Shown here one piece after another: positions 25,194 to 32,000 of a stretch of DNA of 32,000 bases. Position numbers and translations under genes: made by a program. Numbering within the stretch: the first letter of the stretch is position 1; every line of letters starts with the position of its first letter. The notes under the pieces were generated by a model that searched no databases, was not told the DNA's origin, and was given only the letters and a program-made list of their open reading frames with translations. Where the stretch lies: contig NC_010163.1 of assembly GCF_000018785.1 (NCBI RefSeq), positions 1,320,001 to 1,352,000 of the forward strand, given 5' to 3'. Source of the DNA: Acholeplasma laidlawii PG-8A (GTDB taxonomy: Bacteria; Bacillota_I; Bacilli_A; Acholeplasmatales; Acholeplasmataceae).

Positions 25194-25580
25194 TTATGTT
25201 GTAAGATTTGATTTTCTCCAATAAGTTTTATATCCGGCTTTATCCTTCATATTAAACTCAATAATTCTCTTAATTAAGTCAAGATCAATTATTTGATGCC
25301 ATTTGATTTTAAAAATAAAGTTTGTGGATAAATACTTTCTGTCTTTAATTTCTTTTTTAAACTCATCAATTGCTTTATATTCAGGGGCTACTGACAGATG
25401 CGCTTTAGCATGTGTAAAAGCAATAATAAATGTACCCTCATGAACAAAATGTGGTTGATTCCACGCTATTTTTGTATCTAGCATTGGGAAGGTAGCAATT
25501 ACCCAGTCTAGTAGATTTCTCATGATGGTTCGGTTTGAGTCATCTTTAATTGATTTTAAATATTCTTCAAATACATGCAT
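25194..25580 (-). CDS. DUF1801 / YdhG-like protein (often annotated as iron chaperone)
   Basis: 128-aa ORF. The pattern ...KIAWNQPHF..EGTFIIAF...AHLSVAPE...IIEFNMKDKA...YWRK matches my recollection of the Firmicute YdhG/DUF1801 family. Confidence 0.55.
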   Translation of the reverse strand: MHVFEEYLKSIKDDSNRTIMRNLLDWVIATFPMLDTKIAWNQPHFVHEGTFIIAFTHAKAHLSVAPEYKAIDEFKKEIKDRKYLSTNFIFKIKWHQIIDLDLIKRIIEFNMKDKAGYKTYWRKSNLTT

Positions 25581-25662
25581 CTAAAATACCCCTAACATAA
25601 ATAAAATTTATTCATATTATACGTATATGTCAAAAATTATGCAAGAAATTAACCTTATATAT

Positions 25663-25695
25663 AAAAGTAAGTTTGGATTTCCCAAACTTACTTTT
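25663..25695 (-). terminator. Terminator of the nrd cluster (symmetric hairpin)
   Basis: AAAAGTAAGTTTGG-ATTTC-CCAAACTTACTTTT, 1 nt downstream of the redoxin gene stop. Confidence 0.75.
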
Positions 25696-25696
25696 A

Positions 25697-25957
25697 TTAT
25701 TTTTTACCTACGTGTTTTTCTAAGAATGTCAGTACAGGTGATGGTTGTGTTCGCGTTAGAGCCTCACCATTTGCTATCATTGCTGGTAATGTAAGAATAC
25801 CATACTCAGCTGTCAGTCTATCAAACATTTCTTGGTTGTCTTCTTTGTTCACAATTGTGATATCTGGTTCATATTTGTTGTTTAAACCAAACTTTAGAAA
25901 CATCTTTAATTGTGCACATTGTGTACAATCGTTTTTTGTTAATAAGTAAACACTCAT
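25697..25957 (-). CDS. Glutaredoxin/NrdH-like small redoxin (CxxC)
   Basis: 86-aa ORF with a CTQC redox motif after the first beta strand (VYLLTKNDCTQC) and a cis-Pro-type TLP motif. Its ATG overlaps the nrdF TAA (TAATG). It lacks the WSGFRP motif of classical NrdH. Confidence 0.6.
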   Translation of the reverse strand: MSVYLLTKNDCTQCAQLKMFLKFGLNNKYEPDITIVNKEDNQEMFDRLTAEYGILTLPAMIANGEALTRTQPSPVLTFLEKHVGKK

Positions 25958-27066
25958 TATTTCTTCCCCCCAAAAGTAATAATTTTTTCTCTATCAAATA
26001 CAAAGTCTGAATCTTTTAACATTTCACTTTTCATCTTTTGATAACCATTACCCTTCATTGAGAAGTTATCCATCGTCTTTGTTTCAGTGTTTAAACCGTT
26101 TAAGACAACAGGGTTGACATCCTCTGGTTCAAAGTATGGATCAAAACCTAAGTTCATCAGTGCTTTATTAGCATTATATCTTACAAATATTTTTACATCA
26201 TGAGATAGTTCTACAGCATCGTAAATAGATTCAACTAACTCATTTTGTTCATGATAAAGTTCTAATAAGAAATCATGTACCCATTGGGTAAGTTGTTCTT
26301 GTAACTCATTAGAAAATGTTTCAAATACTTCTTGAGCAAGGCGTCCTACATATAAACCATGAATAGATTCATCTCTTAAAATAAGGTTGATGATTTCTCC
26401 TGCTTGCATGAGTTTACCTTGTCCATAAAAGAATAGTGGATAATAAAACCCTGAATAGAATAACCATGTTTCTAGGTAAACGGATGCTACCATCGCTTTA
26501 AACTGAGCGATGTTAAAATCCGTTTCACTATATCCTGGGTCATTTGATTCAAATTGCTTTAAGTAGTTATAACGATCTAGTTCTTTATAATAACCAACAA
26601 TTAAACTCATGATGTTTTGTAGATTTGTATGTTTTTCACCCCAATGGAATAATTCATCAATCTTTTGGTTAGACATATAAGTCATAAAGATATTAGAGTA
26701 ACTCTTAGCGTGTACCGCGTTTTCCATTGCACCCATAAAGTTTAATACAGCTTTTCTTTGGTGGAAGTGATCATCAAGAGACCTTGATACCACAGGCATA
26801 CCAATATCACCTTGGTGTGTATCTAAAAATGTTAGTACTAATAAGTTTTTAGCATATGCATCTTGAATGTTTTCCGGTAGTACACTCCAGACGTTTAAGT
26901 CTGGTTGTAGGGAAACGTCTTCAGGACGCCAAAACTGTGAAAGGTTTTGTTCGTAGAAGTGTTGTGTATAATCATCTTCTGGTTCATTCCAATTGGCACC
27001 TTCGTACTTCACGCGTTTAATTGGGTCTAGTTTAATTTTTGATTGTTTAGTTGCTTTTTTATCCAT
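25957..27066 (-). CDS. nrdF: Class Ib ribonucleotide reductase beta subunit
   Basis: Di-metal and tyrosyl-radical motifs are present (HAKSYS, RDESIHG, FYSGFYYP). The preferred start is the ATG at 27066 (AGGGGGA RBS, 11 nt after the nrdE stop) rather than the track start at 27105, which overlaps nrdE. Confidence 0.93.
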   Translation of the reverse strand: MDKKATKQSKIKLDPIKRVKYEGANWNEPEDDYTQHFYEQNLSQFWRPEDVSLQPDLNVWSVLPENIQDAYAKNLLVLTFLDTHQGDIGMPVVSRSLDDHFHQRKAVLNFMGAMENAVHAKSYSNIFMTYMSNQKIDELFHWGEKHTNLQNIMSLIVGYYKELDRYNYLKQFESNDPGYSETDFNIAQFKAMVASVYLETWLFYSGFYYPLFFYGQGKLMQAGEIINLILRDESIHGLYVGRLAQEVFETFSNELQEQLTQWVHDFLLELYHEQNELVESIYDAVELSHDVKIFVRYNANKALMNLGFDPYFEPEDVNPVVLNGLNTETKTMDNFSMKGNGYQKMKSEMLKDSDFVFDREKIITFGGKK

Positions 27067-27076
27067 CTTATCCCCC

Positions 27077-29179
27077 TTAGACTGCACAAGATTCACACTC
27101 TTCAATTTTTAATTTTTGAGTACGTGTGTAGTATAGTGTTTTGATACCTTGGTAGTGTGCATATAAGTAATATTTTTGTAGTTCTCTTGTTGTAATATCA
27201 GATGTAATACATAGTTCAAATGAAATACCTTGGTCTACGTGCTTTTGTGCAGTAGCAATCACATCAATTAAACGATATGTATCCATACGGTATGCTGTTT
27301 CATACATAAATGCTGCCTTTTCTACTGCTGGCATAGGGTAGTATGTTTTTGAGTTACCATAAGTTCTTTCTTCTACTAATTGTTTAATTGGTGTAAGTGA
27401 TGGTGTTGCACTCATCACATACCCAATTGAACCATTTGGTGCAACCGCTAAGCGGTGTGAGTTATATAAACCATGTGTCATGACATCTTCTTTAAGTTGT
27501 AGCCAATCATCATCAGTTGGTATATAAACGTTTTTAAATAGTTCCTTGACTTTGTCTGTTTTAGGTAGTATTTGACCACGTCCATCAAAGTAAGAACCAT
27601 CTGCATATTTAGACTTTTCAAAACGGTGGAACTTTTCACCAGTTTCTTTAGCTTTTTCCATAGAGTGTACTAAAGAATAATAGTTTACAATATTAAAGAA
27701 TACATCGATTAAATCAATATTCTCATCACTACCATACATAATATAGTTTTCAGCAATATAGCCGTGATGACCCATAATACCAAATCCAACAGATCTATTT
27801 AATCTGTTAGCTTTAGCAACAGCTGGTACGTGTTTGATATCTGTTTGATTTGAAACAGAGTTCATCACGTCCATTGCACCAAATACAGTTTCTTTAATGG
27901 TATTGTGTTTCATCATGTTACCCATATGACCACTTGCTAGGTTACACGAAATATCCATACCTATTTCATCGTTATTTGCACCATAATCACCATAGTGTGA
28001 AGTAATCGTTGGTTGCAAGATTTCTGTACATAGGTTTGAGAACTTCACAGGCATATCTAGTGGATTTGCCTTGTTAACGTTATCTGAAAACATAATATAA
28101 GGGTAACCCGACTCACCTTGTAGTTGAGCAATCATATCTAATATTTTTCTAGGGTTAACTTTACGTTTTCTAACCAATGGATTATCTGCTAAAATATCAT
28201 ACCAGTGATCCATATCAATAGAGATATCAGCAAAGTCTTTACCGTATTGTTCAAATACGGTATGTGGGTAGAATAACCACATATCTTTGTTATCTCTTGC
28301 TAGTTCCATAAATTTATCAGGAATAACGACACCCATTGATAATGTCTTAGCACGAATATCATCATCTGCATTTAATTTCTTAGTTGCTAAGAAATCTTCA
28401 ATGTCAGCATGAAATACGTTTAAGTACACTGCACCAGCACCAGTTCTTTGGCCCATTTGGTCCGCGTATCTAAAGTTGTTATCTAGTAGTTTTACAACCC
28501 CTACAACACCTTTAGAAACGTTAGGAATACCTTTAATAGCTTCACCTTTAGCGCGTAGGTTTGTCAGGTTAATACTTACACCACCACCGACTTTAGATAA
28601 CTGCATACTAAACTCAGATATTCTTGAAATATCATTTAAAGAGTCCCCTGCTTCAAGTAAGAAACAAGATACAAACTCACCGCGTTTAGATTTACCAGTA
28701 TTAAGTAGTGTTGGTGTTGCTGGTGTAAAGTCTTGACTAATTAATAATCTAATTAAGTTTCTTGCTTTATCAAAATCACCATTCGCGTGATATAGTGCAT
28801 TCACTGCTAATCTATCTTCATAACGTTCTAGATAGTTTTTACCCGTACGATCTTTTAAGGCATAGTCATTATAGAACTTAAATGCACCCATATAGGTAGG
28901 GAATCTAAATTTAGCTGCATATGCGATGTCATAGATAGTTTGAATTTGTTCCATCGTATATTTTGCTAAAAACTCTTTTTCATAATAGTCATTTTCGACT
29001 AAGAACTCTAACTTTTCTTCTAATGAGTGAAAAAACTGGGTACGTTTATTCACCTCATTTAGAAAGTAGCTTTTAGCAGCTGCCTTATCTTTACTGATAT
29101 CTTTAATCTCACCATTTTCATCGGTGATTTGATTATTTAATACAACCCACTCAGGGATTACATCTCTTTTTTGATCCAT
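27077..29179 (-). CDS. nrdE: Class Ib ribonucleotide reductase alpha subunit
   Basis: 700-aa ORF with an NrdE-type N-terminus, an active-site NLCTEI motif, a C-terminal CxxC tail (CESCAV) and nrdI/nrdF neighbours. Confidence 0.95.
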   Translation of the reverse strand: MDQKRDVIPEWVVLNNQITDENGEIKDISKDKAAAKSYFLNEVNKRTQFFHSLEEKLEFLVENDYYEKEFLAKYTMEQIQTIYDIAYAAKFRFPTYMGAFKFYNDYALKDRTGKNYLERYEDRLAVNALYHANGDFDKARNLIRLLISQDFTPATPTLLNTGKSKRGEFVSCFLLEAGDSLNDISRISEFSMQLSKVGGGVSINLTNLRAKGEAIKGIPNVSKGVVGVVKLLDNNFRYADQMGQRTGAGAVYLNVFHADIEDFLATKKLNADDDIRAKTLSMGVVIPDKFMELARDNKDMWLFYPHTVFEQYGKDFADISIDMDHWYDILADNPLVRKRKVNPRKILDMIAQLQGESGYPYIMFSDNVNKANPLDMPVKFSNLCTEILQPTITSHYGDYGANNDEIGMDISCNLASGHMGNMMKHNTIKETVFGAMDVMNSVSNQTDIKHVPAVAKANRLNRSVGFGIMGHHGYIAENYIMYGSDENIDLIDVFFNIVNYYSLVHSMEKAKETGEKFHRFEKSKYADGSYFDGRGQILPKTDKVKELFKNVYIPTDDDWLQLKEDVMTHGLYNSHRLAVAPNGSIGYVMSATPSLTPIKQLVEERTYGNSKTYYPMPAVEKAAFMYETAYRMDTYRLIDVIATAQKHVDQGISFELCITSDITTRELQKYYLYAHYQGIKTLYYTRTQKLKIEECESCAV

Positions 29180-29554
29180 TCACTTACTCCTTTTTCCTTC
29201 TTGTTGTCTTAGTAGCCAGTTTTTAACTGTCTCTTTATCTGATTTAAATCCAGAACCTTCAAATTTTAATATAAGTGGAATTTTATACTGAGCCTCGATC
29301 TTATCTCCAGCTTTCCCATAGTTTTCACCCCAGTTTTTATTACCTGAGACGGCAACCCCAACTACATGATCTTTATAAGAATCTAAAAAGTTTTTTGTAG
29401 TTTCAGGAATTTGACCAAAATTAATACTTCTGGTCACCAAAAATAAATTATCTTTTGGCTCACCTTCATAAAGTTTTATATGAATGGCATCAAAGCCAAG
29501 ACTAGTGGCAAACCTTTTTGTTTGCCCTGTTAGACTATCAAATATGATGGTCAT
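29180..29554 (-). CDS. nrdI: NrdI flavodoxin-like protein
   Basis: The FDSLTGQTKRFA N-terminal FMN-binding loop and GNKNWGENY motif are present. The preferred start is the ATG at 29554 (GGAGGA 7 nt upstream) rather than the TTG at 29560. Its TGA stop abuts the nrdE ATG. Confidence 0.85.
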   Translation of the reverse strand: MTIIFDSLTGQTKRFATSLGFDAIHIKLYEGEPKDNLFLVTRSINFGQIPETTKNFLDSYKDHVVGVAVSGNKNWGENYGKAGDKIEAQYKIPLILKFEGSGFKSDKETVKNWLLRQQEGKRSK

Positions 29555-29570
29555 TAGCAATCCTCCTGTC

Positions 29571-30089
29571 TTATGAATCAGGAATAATTACAAGCTCCTG
29601 AGTCAGATTTGTTTTCTTTAAATCTATAATGCGTTGATTTGAACTACCACGCCACAATAGATTTAAATTTTTGAGTTGCTGTATAAACGGACCATCAATT
29701 AAAATATCTGCCTCTTTTAGAATTTCATGAATGAATGGACAATCCTTCTTCTTTAGTGTCTCATAGGTGTTACCACTATAGATATTGACATCTAAACCAT
29801 CTTCATGTGCCATTTTGATTAATTCTAATACAGGCTCTGGTTGTAAGAAGGGCTCTCCACCACTAATGGTTATGCCATGTAGTAGTGGATTTCTCTTCCA
29901 TTTTTTCCTAATCTCAGTGAGCTCAATGAGTTTACCTTCATCAAGTGCATGTGTTGATGGATTATGGCAACCAGGACATCTTAAATTGCAGCCTTGGGTA
30001 AATACAACAAATCTTAAACCAAATCCATCCACAATAGAATCACTAATGAAGTCATTTACGCGTAACTTAAGAGTGGAAGTGTTTGACAC
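29571..30089 (-). CDS. nrdG: Anaerobic ribonucleotide reductase activating protein (radical SAM)
   Basis: 172-aa ORF with a CNLRCPGCHN radical-SAM cluster motif. It overlaps the nrdD 3' end. Confidence 0.9.
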   Translation of the reverse strand: MSNTSTLKLRVNDFISDSIVDGFGLRFVVFTQGCNLRCPGCHNPSTHALDEGKLIELTEIRKKWKRNPLLHGITISGGEPFLQPEPVLELIKMAHEDGLDVNIYSGNTYETLKKKDCPFIHEILKEADILIDGPFIQQLKNLNLLWRGSSNQRIIDLKKTNLTQELVIIPDS

Positions 30090-32000
30090 GTTCTTCTACT
30101 TCCTTTTTCTTAGCGTTATTAAAGCGGTCTAATGTACCCACTAAATAACCTGTAATTCTTCTGATTCTATCAAATGGTGCATCTGGTGTTTCTTTTCGTC
30201 CACATTTCGGACATTCTTCATTAATAATACCAACGTATTTACATACGGGATCAAAATCTACTGGGTGGTTAATCGAACCATATCCAATACCTTTTTTAGC
30301 CATATATTTAATAATGGCTTCAAAAGCTGGAATGTTTTTAGCAGGATCTCCATCAAGTTCAATATAAGATATATGTCCACCATTTGTAAGTGCATGATAT
30401 GGTGCTTCAATATCTATCTTATGGAAAGCCTCAGTTGGATAATATACGGGTATATGGAATGAGTTGGTATAAAACTCATGATCAGTAATACCTTCTAAGA
30501 TACCAAAGCGCTTCTTATCCATTTGTACAAAGCGTCCGGATAATCCTTCAGCTGGAGTTGCGATTAAAGAGAAGTTTAATTTATATTGACGCGCTTTGGC
30601 ATCAATTCTATCTCTCATGTGTCCTATGATTTTTAAACCTAAGGCTTGTGATTTAGCATCTTCTCCGTGGTGTTTACCCGTTAATGCTTTTAAAGTTTCT
30701 GCAAGTCCAATAAATCCAATAGCTAACGAGCCATGTTTAATCACTTCTTCGATGGTATCATTGCGTCCTAATTTATCAGAATCTATCCATACTCCTTGTC
30801 CCATTAAGAATGGGAAGTTATATACATAAAGTTTCTTTTGGATATCAAAACGTTCTAAGAGTTGCTCAGTGACTAAATCAATAGTTTCATCTAATTGATT
30901 AAAAAACTGTGCCTCTGATTTAGAAGTTAGCGCTAGTCTAGGTAAGTTAATCGATGTAAAACTTAAATTACCACGCCCAGTTACAATTTCTTTGTTAGAA
31001 TCATGTATATTTGACATGACACGTGTACGACATCCCATATAAGCTATTTCTGTATCTGGATTACCTTCTTTATAAAATGCTTTATTAAAAGGTGCATCCA
31101 AGAACGAGAAGTTAGGGAATAATCTTTTAGCAGATGTTGCCATTGCTTTTTGGAATAAGTCGTAGTTAGGATCTCCTTGATTTAAGTTAACACCTTCTTT
31201 TAACTTAAATATTTGAATAGGAAATATTGGTGTTTCACCACTACCTAGTCCTCTAGTAGTTGCATCTAAGATAGATGAAACGACTAATCTACCTTCATGA
31301 GATGTATCTGTTCCATAGTTAATGGATGAGAATGGTACTTGAGCACCTGCACGTGAGTGCATGGTGTTTAAGTTATGTACTAAACTCTCCATTGCTTGTT
31401 CAGTATCTCTTGTTGTTTCTTTTAAAGCCTCTTTAGTCGTAAATAAAACGACTTTATGAGCGATATCATTATTACCTAGTACTTCGAGTAAATGCGGGTT
31501 AATTTCATCATTTAGAAGTCTTGGTTCAATACCTGTCTTACTTAAAATATCATTTAGAATGGTTTTAGCATCTAAATCAATTTGGAAGATATCAAGTGCT
31601 TTAGCTAGGTTGTTTCTAAAGTGTCTAACATAAGTCTTTTTAACACCGGTTGCCATATCATAATCAAATTTAGGTACAGATTGTCCACCGTGTTGATCAT
31701 TTTGATTTGACTGAATCGCAATACACGCAAGTGCTGCATATGTTTTGATATCTTGTGGTTCTCTTAAACTACCATGCCCAGTTTGGAATCCGTTTGTAAA
31801 TAGTTTAGTTAGGTCAATTTGACAACAAGTAAGTGTTAAGGTTAAGAAGTCTAAGTCATGGATATGAATAATACCTTCATCATGTGCTCTAGAGTGTCTA
31901 GGGTTTAAAACAAACATTCTGTTAAACTCTTTTGCACCTTCACTACCATACTTTAACATCGCACCCATTGGGGTGTCTCCGTTGACGTTTGCATTTTCTC
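30067..32000 (-). CDS. nrdD: Anaerobic (class III) ribonucleoside-triphosphate reductase, N-terminus outside the window
   Basis: A C-terminal glycyl-radical motif (RITGYLVG) and a Zn-ribbon (CPKCGR) are present, with strong NrdD-like sequence throughout. The reading frame stays open to the window edge. Confidence 0.93.
   Translation of the reverse strand, partial: ENANVNGDTPMGAMLKYGSEGAKEFNRMFVLNPRHSRAHDEGIIHIHDLDFLTLTLTCCQIDLTKLFTNGFQTGHGSLREPQDIKTYAALACIAIQSNQNDQHGGQSVPKFDYDMATGVKKTYVRHFRNNLAKALDIFQIDLDAKTILNDILSKTGIEPRLLNDEINPHLLEVLGNNDIAHKVVLFTTKEALKETTRDTEQAMESLVHNLNTMHSRAGAQVPFSSINYGTDTSHEGRLVVSSILDATTRGLGSGETPIFPIQIFKLKEGVNLNQGDPNYDLFQKAMATSAKRLFPNFSFLDAPFNKAFYKEGNPDTEIAYMGCRTRVMSNIHDSNKEIVTGRGNLSFTSINLPRLALTSKSEAQFFNQLDETIDLVTEQLLERFDIQKKLYVYNFPFLMGQGVWIDSDKLGRNDTIEEVIKHGSLAIGFIGLAETLKALTGKHHGEDAKSQALGLKIIGHMRDRIDAKARQYKLNFSLIATPAEGLSGRFVQMDKKRFGILEGITDHEFYTNSFHIPVYYPTEAFHKIDIEAPYHALTNGGHISYIELDGDPAKNIPAFEAIIKYMAKKGIGYGSINHPVDFDPVCKYVGIINEECPKCGRKETPDAPFDRIRRITGYLVGTLDRFNNAKKKEVEERVKHFHS

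Noticed and set aside
27067-27105. Upstream start of nrdF overlapping nrdE by 29 nt
   Set aside because: The ATG at 27066 has a good AGGGGGA RBS and lies just after the nrdE stop. The extra 13 residues have no counterpart in NrdF proteins as far as I recall.
1-32000. CRISPR arrays, rRNA genes, integrases, transposases and IS elements
   Set aside because: No regularly spaced direct repeats, rRNA-like segments, or recombinase or transposase-like ORFs were seen on either strand.
1-32000. Mycoplasma-type genetic code (TGA = Trp)
   Set aside because: Several well-supported genes end at TGA exactly where the family length predicts (polymerase at 73-75, nrdI at 29180-29182, the 4-TM gene at 7456-7458). 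The only tRNA-Trp in the window has anticodon CCA, so the standard bacterial code fits.

Overview
AT-rich bacterial chromosomal segment that uses the standard genetic code: TGA serves as a stop and tRNA-Trp has anticodon CCA. Lipobox lipoproteins, class Ib RNR with NrdI, and Listeria-Bacteroides-type repeats suggest a low-GC Firmicute or an Acholeplasma-like Mollicute; this organism call is a guess. The window splits into two parts. (1) Positions 1-13.4 kb form an accessory/defence island encoded entirely on the minus strand, abutting the 3' end of a tRNA-Leu gene. Read in the direction of transcription (high to low coordinates) it contains: an HsdM-like methyltransferase fused to a single HsdS-type TRD, with a non-canonical catalytic motif, coupled to an unknown 173-aa protein; a Type I R-M operon hsdM-hsdS-[4-TM protein]-hsdR; a membrane-anchored repeat protein; a tiny coupled ORF; two tandem HEPN-motif proteins; and a Y-family (UmuC-like) polymerase coupled to a YolD-like gene. 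(2) Positions 13.4-32 kb hold core genes: a tRNA-His/Gln/Leu cluster, tRNA-Trp, two membrane proteins (one with an XRE HTH), mgtA behind a leader-peptide/terminator region, a GH18 lipoprotein, potABCD, a DUF1801-like gene, and one co-directional nrdD-nrdG-nrdI-nrdE-nrdF-redoxin cluster that runs off the window end. No CRISPR array, rRNA, integrase or transposase was seen. The best candidates for novel biology are the 4-TM gene embedded in the Type I operon, the degenerate M-S fusion with its coupled partner, and the tandem HEPN pair.
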